Source: Octopus sinensis
Taxonomy: Eukaryota
Direction of reading: 5' to 3'
Length of the DNA: 64,000 bases
NCBI RefSeq assembly: GCF_006345805.1
Contig: NC_042998.1
Coordinates: 120,652,001-120,716,000, forward strand
Shown here: one piece after another, positions 25,391 to 39,149 of the stretch
How positions within the stretch are numbered: the stretch's first letter is position 1
Layout: the number at the start of each line of letters is the position of its first letter
Program-made: the position numbers and the translations under genes
Notes under the pieces: generated by a model
Told to the model about the DNA's origin: nothing
The model's database searches: none
What the model saw: only the letters and a program-made list of their open reading frames with translations

Positions 25391-26144
25391 GTAATATTTA
25401 CCCTCACTTAAACATGGATGTTCTGTTGAACAAACTATTCTGTGGCAGTTAACATAAGAGAAACTCTCATATTGGCTTTTAGTGCAAAATGCACCCTTGC
25501 TTATATCACTAGTTAGGAGATAAATCCATGCCATCTTCACTGCCGAGACCACCAGATCACATGCTTTCAACCTTCCTTGGTCTTGTTGCGTGATATGGTG
25601 GGGTTTTATTTCCCTACTAGCAACATAAACAAGGGTGTATTTTGCACCAAAAGCCAATACTCTTTTACTTGTTTCAGTCATGTGACTGTGGCCATGCTGA
25701 AGCACCGCCTTTAGTTGAGCAAATCGACCCCAGGACTTATTTTTTGTAAGCCTAGTACTTATTCTATCGGTCTCTTTTGCCGAACTGCTAAGTTACCGGG
25801 ACGTAAACACACCAGCATCGGTTGTCAAGCGATGTTGGGGGGACAAACACAGACACACAAACATGCACACACATACATACATATATATGCATATATACGA
25901 CGGGCTTCTTTCAGTTTCCGTCTACCAAATCCACTCATAAGGCTTTGATCGGCCCAAGGCTATAGTAGAAGACACTTGCCCAAGGTGCCACGCAGTGGGA
26001 CTGAACCCGGAACCATGTGGTTCATGAGCAAGCTACTTACCAAACAGCCACTCCCACGCCTATATGAGAGTTTCTTTCATCATAACTACTACAGTATAGT
26101 TTGTTCAAACAGAACATCCATGTTTAAGTGAGGGTAAATATTAC
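25391..26144. mobile_element. Fold-back (MITE-like) element whose right arm is split by a SINE
   Basis: 25391-25472 is inverted to 26062-26144, and 25471-25504 is inverted to 25626-25659. Confidence 0.75.
25660..26061 (-). mobile_element. Full-length tRNA-derived SINE (abundant family)
   Basis: Minus strand begins ggcgtgggagtggctgtttgg (A box) ... ggttcagtccc (B box) and ends in an aagtaaaaga tail. Partial copies at about 12950-13050, 37895-38120, 48480-48840 and 60820-60995. Confidence 0.85.
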
Positions 26145-26190
26145 TTTTCAATCTTTGTTTGTTTTATAAATATAAAACATTATTTGTATA

Positions 26191-26222
<32 letters not shown>

Positions 26223-28136
26223 CATACATACATACATACATATACATACACACATATACATATATATACATACATACATTATCATCATCGATTAATGTTC
26301 GGCCTCCATGCTGGCATGGGTTGGACGGTTTGACATGGAACTGGCTAGCAGGGAACTGTCTGGACTCCAACTCTCTGTCGAGGCATGGTTTCTTTGGCTG
26401 GATGCCCTTCCTAATGCCAACTACTTAACAGAGTGTGTTGGGTGCTTTATATGTCACTGTTACAAGTGCATCTATGCAGCACCGGCATGGGTGTGTTAAC
26501 ACAGCACCAGCACAAGTGCATTCACACAGTACTGGCATGGGTGCTTTTTAAATGACACTGGCACCTAAAAGGACAAGTCTATATGTGTGGAAGACATAGT
26601 TGGTGTTAGGAAGGGCATCCAGCCATAAAAACCCTGCCAAAAACAAACGCAGTAGCCTAGGGTAGATTTTCTATCTGGCTGGCCCCTGTCAACCATCCTA
26701 CCCATGCATACATGGAAGATGGACATTAAACAATGACGATGATATATATTGAAGTAATGTTTATTACCACCTAAGCGTGGGTGTTCTTTAGAAACAGACA
26801 ATACTGCTGTTTCAACCACAGCAAGATGCACTAGGAAGGGTACCCAGCCATAGAAACCATGCCAAATCAGGCTAGAACCTGGGGCAGTTCTCTTGCTGCT
26901 AGTTCCAGTCAAACTGGCCAACCCATGCCAACATGGAAAGCAGACATTAAATGATGATGATGATAATGACTTATCCTTTTAAGGGCCCATATATTCGGTT
27001 CTACAAGAGCCTTTTTACAGCTATAAAGTAGATTAAGAATTGGTGATAAGCCTTTTTTTTTCTTTATAGATAAACAAAGAAAGGATTATGGATATTATTA
27101 TATTCTCTTTTGTTACTTATCATCATCATCATTATCACTATCATCTGTTTACAACAAATTTATGCAAGTTTTACTGTACCAGCAGGTGCACCTCCAAGTT
27201 TCTTGAAGTAGTGACATTGTGTTTTCCTTATAATAATGATTTCAATGCTCATAACTCTGTAACAGAGTTTGTAAATGAATTATTGTTTAGTTCTATAAGA
27301 TTAGCTCAAGAACTTGGAGAAAGATTTGATGTTCCTGTAAATGATAACTTACATTATTCTAGGTACATTTTTATGTGTCTGAGTTCAAAATATCCACCAA
27401 TGGCAGGTTGGATGTTAAGTGAAGATGACTTTGTCTTTCCCACATCCAAAACATTATGTTGATAATATTATGTACCAGTAATTTAAAATTGGATTGGATT
27501 GCTCATGTTCTCTCCGCCAACCACAGTCTGATGTAGAGGCTATGGATTTGAGTTTGAACTCATGCTGGTTTGGTGAGCCTACTCTGCCACACAGTCAGGC
27601 AGCCCTGGCATCAATCACGTTCATATAGTGCTTTATATGTGTCACTTGCACGGGACCAGTCAGGGGACATTGGCATCAACTACATTTCAATGGTACTTTT
27701 TACACACCATCAGCACGGGAGACAGTCAGGTAGATCTGGCATCAACCACATTCAGATGTTGTTAATTTCAGTCTTCTGTGAAAAATCTCTGGCCACAGAG
27801 AAATATTACTGTGTTGGAAACGGGTGAGGATTGGCAACTGGAAGGGCATCAGGCCATAGAAAATCCGCCTCAACAAATTCCTTCTAACCCATACAAGCAT
27901 GAAAAAGTGGATATTAAATGATGATGATGATGATGATAGTGACAGTGGTGGTGGTGGGGGTAATGGTGCAGTCATTCAGGCAACAAAAGATTATTGTAAC
28001 AAGCACATGGCAAGACACTCTCATTAACAGTGAATTATTCATTAGCTTTGGACAAATAAACAAACTATTTTTTCATTGTTTGCTTACATAAATATACACA
28101 CACATATATCTTTCTCATTGTCTTTTTCTATTTCAG

Positions 28137-28154
28137 AGCGATACACTGAAGTGA
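28137..28154 (+). CDS. Probable terminal coding exon (SDTLK*), followed by 3' UTR
   Basis: Strong acceptor tctttttctatttcAG, phase 0 matching the 24047 donor, TGA at 28152-28154. SD aligns with ND of the vertebrate RRKHQND. Confidence 0.6.
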   Translation, partial: SDTLK

Positions 28155-28771
28155 GGGCTGTGTGCTGTAGTGCTGACATCATAGTGACCATCTTCCTCAC
28201 TACTCTGATCTCAATAAACTGTTCCCGTCTGCTGTCTCAGATGTGCCTCAACTCAATTGCCTCATCCACTACTGAGTGACACTCAAAACATGCTCCCACC
28301 AACACCACCATCTTTTCTTTTTATACCCCTTTCTTCCACTGGTGTGTGTGTCCCATCCCCACCCACTTTGTTTTTCAAAATCTCACCCGACTGACTCCAT
28401 TCCCAAATATACCTTTTCAATCATCATGTGTCATTGCATGTTGTCAGACCAGTTCTATATTGATTTATTGGCTCACTGAACAGGATGGGTGGGTGGGTGG
28501 GTCTTCATTTATTGTCCATTTCCACAGCAGTAGCCATGCAAACATGAAGACTGTTTCATTACCTTACAAGTGTGTTGCTGTAGCAGGAAACTCTAGCAAT
28601 CTCTTGATTCCCTATTGACATGTCATACAATAATTTTTTTCTTATATAGCTGTCAGACATCACTCAACAAATACAAACTATTCATCACCATAATCTTCCT
28701 CTATCTTTTTCCTTTTTTTTGGCTTTTTTATGTGTTCTGTAGACACACACACACACACAATATATATATAT

Positions 28772-28803
<32 letters not shown>

Positions 28804-28875
28804 GCATGCACATTTACACACACATACATTCACTTACACATCTATATGCATATACATACGTTGTGTGCATGCATG

Positions 28876-28912
<37 letters not shown>

Positions 28913-31900
28913 ATTTTTCTGTTTAGTTTGCTGTTGCTGTCCAACACTAAATATTTACCTCCAAAAGAGTAAAGCATCTATTTAATTATCATTGTCGTTC
29001 TGGAGTAAGTAATCATGAGTGTTGACTGCCTCTGTGATTATTTTGATGGTGTAACCTCTGAGGTTGTTTAGCTGGGTGTGGTCTTCCCTGGTATTATTTC
29101 AATAGGTTTTAGCTACTTGACTTTATTTCTGTGAGTGTGGGCTGCTCCTGGGGTTATTTTAAACTATTAGAGTTACTTTGTCATAATCAACTCTTTTCAT
29201 TTGCACTTTACACAGACATACAACAGAGATAAATAAGACAACAAACAAAAGGGGGGGTTTTTTGTCTCTTAATTTTTTAGAATTAAAAGCATTTTCAGTA
29301 TTTTACATTTATATGCTTGAAGCTGCTTGATCTTCTGTTGTCATCTGGTGTCTCATTCCTGAGTGTGTTCATCATACAGATTCAAAATAACCATTTCTGA
29401 ACTTGTTCAAACCTGGTTTGCTACTAAGACAACCATTGACAATCAGAGATCAAACCAATCAAAACATAGTGTAGATGCAAATATTCCTAAGTATTTTCTT
29501 AAGAAATTGAAGTTAATTTGTTTGAAAAATTAAAATAGCATTAATCCATCTCAAACATTTAAATATTTTAGAGAAAAAGAAGTTATGAATATGTTAATCT
29601 CTTTAATACCAACACACCTGAAGCTGTCCTTTGTTCTCTGAAACAGATTTGTTGTTGTAAAGTAATCTAAATTAAAGCCTTCCCTCAAAATTTCATGTTA
29701 GCACATATTCCAAATGCCAGCTTCATAATGACTGTTATTGTTAGAAATAACTCTTCATTATTTTTCAAAATTAATTGCAACAAAGGCAATATATTTCAAC
29801 ATTGATGTGGTGGCAAAAGGATTAAATTTGAAATTAACCATTCAGAATGATGTTGACATCGTAGACTCCCAGCAGTAGCAAGGGTGAGTTGACTTAGTAC
29901 ATAGTCTGCAACATCTCAGGCATCAACCAGTAGTATTCTGTGGGTTATTATCGACAAATGTATTGCTCCCTATCTTATCAAAAGCAAGTACCAGAATACT
30001 ACTGGAAATCTAAGCAGTTAACAATATGGCCTCCTACTTTGTCAAATAGCACTAATAATCACGTTTCTATATAGGTATGTATGTATATTTGTATGTAAAT
30101 AATAGGTGTATAAGTAAAATGTATGTAAAATGTTCTTGCATTTTTACATTTTTTTTTTCATGCTAGAACAGATTACAGAAATACATATTATTGAGGTGTT
30201 GTTTACTGCCAGATACCCTTCCTGTCATTAACCCTTACCTATTTTTCAAGTAAGGGATTCTTTTTAATTCCCTATGTCTTTGAAAGTGCAGAGCTAGCAG
30301 ACAATATGCTAACAGGGAATGACAACAAATTTCACCATTTTTTCATGCGTGCACACACACACACATAAACATTTGTACATAGAGTTTCCATCTAGCAAAT
30401 TCAGTCACAAGGTATTGGTTAGCTGAGGCTACAAAAGAAAACACAGTTTAACTGAATCCAAAAGTACATGGTTGAGCAGTAAAACTTCTTAACCACACAG
30501 CCATGCCTGTGCCTATGTGAATATACGTATGTGTGTGTGTGTGTGTGTGTAATATTTATACACACATACATATATATATATAAATATATCTGCAATGTAT
30601 TTACATACTTATGTTTGTATGTATGTATGTGTGTGTGAGGGAGGGTGAGCATGAAAAATGCTCTCTTCCACATTTCGACTTTTCGATTTTTAGGTTAAGC
30701 AACCTTTGTTCTGGTGATGTTGATATGGGAGGTCAGTGTTTGAATGTATTTGGGGGTGAGGATAGTAAAAGAAGAAAACAACAGTGAAGGGACTTGTTGA
30801 AACATCACTGGTATCATAAGCTACTCGTAAACATAAGTATGTGTATACATACTTACATACAAGCACATATATATATATGCATACATATATACATACATAC
30901 CAGTACACACACAATAGTTATAATGATAATCTGTAGTATACTAGTTAACTACTATATTACTAGAATATTACTTGCTATGTTATAGTGTAGTAGAGCTATA
31001 CAGATGGCTGTGTATACAGAGTAGCATCTTATCTCTGGCCATGTGCTTCATCCATGGTTGAAAATGGCTCAGTCAACATAGCTGCATGCGGTTATATATG
31101 CTGAATGGTTCTTCATTGTAAGTAGCTGTAGCACTGTAAAAGTCCAACTAATGCAGTGCTTGGTGTAAACCCTTTGTGGGTTTAGATGTAGCAACACGGT
31201 ATCATCCCTATTTATGTTGCAATGACATTAGTAGTGAGGCCAGTATGTGGTAGTTAACTGCTCCCCCTGTTAACACTGATCAAGCATGCTTAATACTGAG
31301 GACATTCCAGCTATGACCTTCCTGTCATTTTAGAGGTATATGTTGGACTTTATTATCTAATGTGTCCTTTCTGAAGACAGTAGGTTGTGACTTGAGATAG
31401 ATATGGTTGCTATTTCTAGCAGATGAAGTGACCACCTAGAGGTAAGGTTGGACCAAATAAGGGTGTGTGTTACAGTGTCTTTTTTTTTTATACAGTCTCT
31501 ATTAGTGTACATACTATATAGTATAGTTGACTACTACTGGGGTAGTATAGTAAGATGCAATGTGGTTAATTATAACCAACTGATAAATGTGTTCATAACT
31601 CAAGTCATTTATTAAAAGCAGGTGTGAATATGTGTTTAGTATAACAGTAAATGTGTTTAGCATAATATCAGAAGTAGTTAGTTTAACATACATGTTTTGT
31701 AAAACAGAAAATGTATTTATGAAACCTTCAAACATGTTTAGTATAACACTGAACATATTTAGTATGATACCAAGTTGTTTGAAGATGGCTTGATCTTTGT
31801 AACTATATGTAGGTAACACACTACTAAAGGGTTCATTATTGTAAGTAGTGACAGCACTGTACCCAGTGTTTTGTTACCATGCAATGTTTAGAGTATTTTC

Positions 31901-32598
31901 AGATGTGTTTAGTCTAGTAGCAGATATATTTAGTATAAAAGAAAACATGTTTACTATAAAACTTAATGTAATTTTTATATGAATCTCTTAGATTAGAAAT
32001 TACTGTGCATTGTATAACCAAAATGAGAGCACTAGTCCAAATAATCAGTGTATAATAGATAAGCTTTGTATGGCACAACTATGTTTAATATGTTCAATTA
32101 GTGTTTATTATAGCACCAAACACGTTTAGGGTAATACAGACCTTTTGTATAACACTGAAAGCATAACACTAACATGTTTAGGATAATACCAAACACATTT
32201 GTGATAAGAGTCAATATAACATGAAATGGGTTTGGTGATGATGATGGTTGATAAAGTACATTAGCAATAGCATTATATTACGGTTATAGGCAATAAAGTA
32301 ACTTTGTTATTGGTCATTACAATGTATTGTTCATTTTCCATTCTGTGTCTTGTTGCATTTGGATGACATGGGAAGAGAGTTAATAGTAATGTCATATGGA
32401 TGTTTCTTGAAATCATGATATGGTGATGGTTTTAGAAAACAACCAGAAAGAAACTATAATTCTTTACTTATAATTTAAACCATATAATTATTAACCCCAG
32501 GTCAGCCCTCATTGAGCATGCTGAAAGGTATTCCAGTCAACAACCATCCCAAATTTTATTGTGTCTGAGAGTAGAGTGTTCGGTGTATCTTTTATTTA

Positions 32599-32817
32599 AC
32601 CCTTTAGTATTTAAACTAGCCATATCCAGCCCAAATATTCCACCAGTTTTATGTTCAACCAGACCAGATCCAGCCTCTCACACCTACCCTACAATGTGAT
32701 TCTAAAATAATAATCACATCAATGAAATCTTAAAGCTATGAAACAATGCATGATGGGTTAAAATCAATGTGAATAAAGGAATATTACACTTGACAGAGGA
32801 ATCTGAATGCTAAAGGG
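32599..32817. mobile_element. piggyBac-like MITE
   Basis: TTAA|CCCTTTAG ... CTAAAGGG|TTAA: perfect short TIRs and a TTAA target duplication. Confidence 0.7.
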
Positions 32818-35403
32818 TTAAGATGGTATGATATGATATGAGGGTGATTTGGCTGCTATGTCACAGATCAAGCAAGTTTATAGAAGCTTCTTTGTTGGTA
32901 AGCAATATAGTGTTACCCTCATCATCTAGTGAAGTGTGTTTGGATTTGAATTTTATGTGAATCACTGAAATCTTTCATTGGCTAATGATGTCTCTAGTCA
33001 TTGGATCTATACATATTAGCATTAATGCACTTCAGGAACTTTATGATGTTGGCCATTGACCTCACAGAGGTTCTTTTCCTCAGTATCATGTGTGCATATC
33101 ACCATTGGTCAGTGACTACACATACACCATGCTACTTCCCTTGATTTCATTTGTAACCCTAGGCTGGGGGTGGGGATTGTCAGGGGCTATGCTTTGCCAA
33201 AAGACATTCTGTATTTGGTTCAGAACAGCTTATTTCCATATTTACCCTTATATCTAGAGGCCATTTCCTCACCTACCACTTGGAGACTTACATGGTAAGC
33301 GTTATCTCTCCCAATCCTATACCAGTAGTATTAAGCTCCCAGTAATTTCTGACTGTGGCTGTTCCACTTCAGTTCATTTAATCAGTAATACTCCTAACCC
33401 ACTTTAAGAAGGACCCTTACAAAATCTCATTTGCCTTCCTCTTCATGTAGTAGTTACCCTCATCTCTTTATTCCTATTTACTTAACAACCCCTGGAGGAG
33501 AGAATGTCTTCACAAATGATTCTTACGTTTTCCATAATTTTATGTTTGCTGTTTTCTTTCCCATCATTTTTGTTTTGCTTCATTAATTTGCTTCTGTTTG
33601 TTTCAACTAGTGGGTTTCCTGCTCACAAGCCTTCACTCTGAGACAACCTCCTATTTTTTCAGTTTCTCAAAGGTTATGGTGACTAACCCTACAAAAAAAA
33701 AGACAAACAAAAGACCTTCATTCTTTTTGTTCACTTACTGAATAAAATAACAAAACTGTTGATCCTGTAGTGTATTTATTACATACTTTACCGATGACCC
33801 TTCATGACTCTAAACAATGACTTTCAACTGTTGACCTTTCATGACCTTCAACAGGTGCATACTTTAAAAACAATTGACAACCCTTTCACTCCTCTCTAAT
33901 CTCAGCTAATCTTTATAAAATTCTGAAAGTGTCACCAACACTATACTCCCTTTAATAAATATTATTCAATAATTTTAATGTGTCAAAATGCTAAAACAAT
34001 GTGCAAACTTGCCCAGTGACAATAAACAAAAAAACAATCATGTTTCTGCTAAATTCTTGAGTCCATGTACACCTGGAATTAATGAGGTCATTCAGGTGTG
34101 TATCTCATGGCACCATCCAATTTTTGTAACCATGAAGATGCTGTGCACTTAAAGTGTTACATTTGTCTAATTATATCCTTGACTCTTTAAGAACCATGCA
34201 ACTGTTTCTAACAAATATACCTTTCTTTTTGTTTTTGTGCAGTGTGATTCCATTTGTGCACAGGTGTGCTTCACGTTCCAGGAAACATTGGTGATGAGCC
34301 CCATTCCCTCCAATAAATGCTCAGTGACCCTTCTTTGAAATGTGCTCTTCATTCTCTCACTCACCCTTCTGATATTTTAGCCACTTCACCATCCCCCCTA
34401 TCACATGACTCTCTATGGCAGGTTACACAGCCTTGACCTGATATAGATCCTGGAATATTCTAAAATAAAGTTAAACTTGGTCCAGACATCAGAATATTCT
34501 TCAAATAAAATGACAGAGATTAAATGAAAACTCACTTTCTTCCTCTCCCTTCTCTCTCTCTTTCTCTATCATCCTCTCTCAGTTTCTCTCTTTAACTTTT
34601 GTTGTCACTACCTCTACATCTCTTTCTTCTACCCCCTTCAAAACTCTGTGTGTTGTGTATGTTTGTAATGTATATGCATGTATGTGTATATGTGCTTGTG
34701 AGTGTGTATGTGTGTGTGCCTGCATGCCTTAGAATTTATTCATTTCTGTTTATTTTTTTTTTATTATTAGTAAACAGAAAATATTTATTAAACCTTTCTT
34801 TTCTTAAACATTGACAATTTTCTAGTGTCAACAGATACACCTCTTTATCTAAATTCTCTCTCTCTCTTTTAATCTATTTATTTATCTATCTGTATATGTA
34901 TATTTACTTATCTATAAATCTATTTATCCTTTCATTTATTCAACTATATAGCTCCCTACCTACCTATCTATTTATATATCAGTCTGTCTACCTAATTATC
35001 TACTTACCAACATATCTGTATGCCTTTCATAGCCATCTATCTGTCTACTTAACTACTTACCTACCTCCTAGAATCTATCTGTTTTGCTCTCTATCTGTCT
35101 ATCTATCTATCTATCTATGCATCTATCAGTCTATCTATTCTACTATCATCCTACCTATCTCTCTAAAAATCGATCAGTCTATATATCTTCCTTTTTTTTC
35201 TTTCTTACCTGTTATTTCTCTATCAGACTTCTGTCAACCCAATCCCAGCTACCCTCATCGCCCTCTCCTCTCCATTTATTTACCTCAATTCACAAATCAC
35301 ACCTGTCCTCTCCACTCCTGTCCTGTTGACCTCTTCCACATTTGGTACATACTCCGAACCATGGAACATTTCTTGAGATGCAGTTATTGTATTTTTTTTT
35401 GTT

Positions 35404-35435
<32 letters not shown>

Positions 35436-37894
35436 AACATATATATTTATACATACACACACACACACACACACATATATATACACACATACATATATGT
35501 ATGTAATATATATATATATACATACATACAAAGAACTCATTTCTTGCTGATCCAATGCATGTGTGGAAGCAAGTCAAGAACCTTGGTCTAACCGGCTGGT
35601 TAACAACAGAATCTGGGCTAAACATTATACATTGAAGTAAATGGTGTTAACTTGTTGTTCATAGACTCATGGCTTGCGTTCACCGTTCACCGTGAAGAAG
35701 TTTTTTTTTTGTTTGTTTTTCTGTAGTCAAATAATGAAATGACTGGCAATAAAAATACATTTGTCTTTTAGTGTATGACATCTTTCCATTCACTCCATAT
35801 TCATGTTCATTCATCAACATCAACAATGGCTGATTGTATTACCAATTCTGTTTTATTCTGGCTTCTGTCACCCAAGCCAGGATACATTGAAATCATAGGA
35901 TGCAGCATGGTGGATGTGAAGTATTTTGGCAGATGAACTTACTGAATCAACAGTAAATATCACAAATGCTGAGTGGATGAACAAACAACTTTTAATGACC
36001 AGTTCGGTGAGAAAACTATTGCTATCATCTGTAGTTGTGGTATATGCAGAGGAGATAATTGTAACTAAAACCCAAGTCAAACCCATGCCACATCACTCAA
36101 AGTGGACATCTAGAAATTTGTTGGCTTAAGCAAGTTAAGCAACGAGGTGATGGTGATGGTGGTGATGATGACAATGACTACTGCTGTTGTTTGTTTTTGT
36201 GTTTTTTGCTCCAAATAGAAACTGGAAGAACTGGTAGAATGTCAGACAGAAATGCCTTACAGTATTTATTCTGGCTTTTAGTATTCTAGTTTCAGATTCC
36301 ACCGATGTCACCTTTGCCTTTCATTCTTCTGGGATTGATTTATAATAAAGCACCAGTCTAGAGCTGTGGACTTGCAGGATCATTATAACATTGGATGGGG
36401 TGCCTTGTGGTATTGGGTTTTACTCTAACATTCTGGATTTAGATCCCTTTTGTGGCTTATTTGAGTGATAGACTTATTGCACTACCTAGTTTAATACTAT
36501 CTCCTAGCTTTTGTATGTCTATACAGAAGTCCACTCTATTGCAGGCATTCAAGCCAGGTCTCCAGTTTAAATAAACTTTCTTTCCTCCCTCCCTCTGGTT
36601 TCACAGGCCCTAAAAAGGCTTATGGGTACAACTGCCCCTTCTTACCAGATAGTTAAAAAAAATTCACGATTTATCAAAATCAGTTTTTATTTTGACTTTC
36701 TTATTGTTGTTACTTTTTTTTTTATCTCAGGTCATTCCAGCTGTGACCATCTTTTTTCTTTTTTGCTTTTCAGATATGGTGTCTCTAGGATCACATTATT
36801 CAGTCAAAAGATGATAGACTGTGATTTGAGGAGTATTTGGCTACTATTTCTAACTGGTTGAACAACCATTTAGAGACTAATTTCAATAACTGTTTGTCAG
36901 TTTGAGACCACTAAAGATGTACTAAGAGTACCTATCATCCTTAGTGTTTGTATCACACTGAATTGTAGTAGATAAACCTGTTGATACAAGCTTAAATAGA
37001 GGCAATAAATTTATTCCATTTTACAGTTCATTTGATATTTCTGAGGTCAGGAATTTCTACACTTCATATTTTTCTTGTAACACACTAATATAGATTTTGA
37101 TTCCTGAGGTATTTCAGTTTCAGCATTGCACACCAATAAAGCACCCATCAGTTATACAAGGATACAGTATCTCTTTTACCCATTTCTAACCCTAACCCTA
37201 CTTATAAAGGATAAAGGTCCCCTTTGGTCATTCATGACCATAGGATTGCACATAAAAAGTTCCCCTCCAAGGCACAAGTCTGGGCAAGGTTGTTTTATGG
37301 AAGACCACCAGTCACCCACGCATACCAGTCTCCCCTCTCCATGCCACCAATGCTATCCAAAAGGCAAAAGCCAATACAGCTTAGTACTAGTGACATCGCA
37401 ACTCATTTTTACAGTTGAGAAAACTGGAATAGCATGAAAGTAAATAGAATTATAAGTTCTCCCTGTATTTTGACTAGAAAGTAGTCTAATATTAGGGCTT
37501 ATAAACACTCATAATGAAAAAAATGGGCATTAGTACATGTGGGAAGTGTTATAGGGGTTTATATGCCCTAGACTATTTTCTATAGTCAGTATATGATGAA
37601 AGCTTTTAATTCTATTTACAAAATTTTCATAATTCATTCAGAATTTGCACATGTTTACAAATTTGCCAATATGAAATCATTGTTCCTAAATTTGATAGAA
37701 AAAAAAAGAGTGAGTATGTTCATGTAATCAGTCATCACACATATCACAAAAGTAAGAGGGTGTGGGTTCATTTTCAAATGTACTAATGCTTACTTTTTTC
37801 ACTTATGGAGATTTATATGCTGTAATAATATTAGACTATTTTCTATAGTCAGTATACAGTGAAGGCTTATAATTCTATTTACTAAATACATATA

Positions 37895-38120
37895 TAGGCG
37901 CTGGAGTGGTTGTGTAGTAAGTAGCTAGCTTACCAACCACATGGTTCTGGGTTCAGTCCCACTGCATGGCACCTTGGGCAGATGTCTTCTGCTATAGTCT
38001 TGGGCCGACCAAAGCCTTGTTAGTGGATTTGGTAGACGGAAACTGAAGGAAGCTCATCATATATACATACATATGTGTGTGTGTGTTTGTGTGTCTGTGT
38101 TTGTACCCACAACAATACCT
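37895..38120 (+). mobile_element. SINE 5' half (same family as 25660-26061)
   Basis: ggcgctggagtggttgtgtagtaag...ggttcagtcccactgcatggcaccttgggc. Confidence 0.8.
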
Positions 38121-38334
38121 GACAACATGTATATATTTAGTAAATAGAATTATATATATATATATATATTGTTGTATTTAGGAATGGTCATTTTGCCAGT
38201 TTAGCCAATAAAAACACGATTTCACATCAAAAATCTTGCAAAACAATATATATATATATATATATACAAATACAGGGTAATATATAGATATATATATACA
38301 TATATACAGGGTGCAGTGAATATACATATATATG

Positions 38335-38580
38335 TCTACTTTTCTAATTAAAATCTTATTTATATACAATTTGGAAAACTCAACGCTATTTGACCACGTC
38401 CACAATGGAGCATCCAGGTGTTCCAGCCTATATGGATCTGCTAGCTGAAAATAACTTAGCAGATCCCAGAAGCCAGGGTTACTTGTCCTATCTGGTCTGA
38501 AGCCAACACAAACTATGCGTGCATCGCAGATTGTATTAAAGTCTCCTAGCAAAACTAGGATTTGTGACTGAGTGAAAATT
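38335..38580 (-). mobile_element. L1/Tx1-type LINE endonuclease fragment
   Basis: LVLLGDFNTICDARI...FQLADPYRLEHLDAPLWTWSN...INKILI follows the APE-endonuclease pattern GDFN...D-x-x-R-x-x-H...TW. Confidence 0.65.
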
Positions 38581-39149
38581 ATCAAACTTTAAACCTCTAT
38601 AACTTTTTTTTTTCTGGTAAAAAGTGAAATATCTCCTGAGATTCAGCTTGAAAAACTACATTAATGTATCAAATTTTAAAAGTTTCAATAAACTTTGAAT
38701 TTTCAAAAATTGGCAGCCAGACTGCAAAGATCTGAAGATATTCCAAAAAGTGTGGCTCCTCTCATCAAGAAAACATTGGCAAATGTGGTACATATAATAG
38801 AGCTAGCAAAAATAATGGCTACAGAGAGAGAGGATATGGAACAAGATCAGGGGTTTGGGAAAAAGGACAACTTCTAGAATAAGGAAGAAAGATAAAATAA
38901 ATGAAACAAAGAAGAGAGAAGGGGAGAAATCAGCCTAGTCAACGAAAATGTCACAGGTGGTAAAGATAAAGTTAAGCATATCATAAATTAGTTTGGAATG
39001 TCAACTGACCAGACAAAGAAGCAGAAAGAGAAAAGCATTGAAATAAAGGAGTATGGGTGGTGATAGCACAGGAGGAAAGTATATTGAGAGAAAGAGGAGG
39101 AAAATTGATATTTACATTACTTGGATAAAAAGTAAAGAAATTCAACCAC

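Noticed and set aside
28155-35780. Possible very long 3' UTR ending near an AATAAA around 35750
   Set aside because: AATAAA is frequent in this AT-rich DNA and the region contains repeats. The transcript end cannot be placed from sequence alone.
34167-36129. Short ORFs (65-72 aa) suggesting a second gene downstream
   Set aside because: No recognisable domain and no chain of compatible splice sites.
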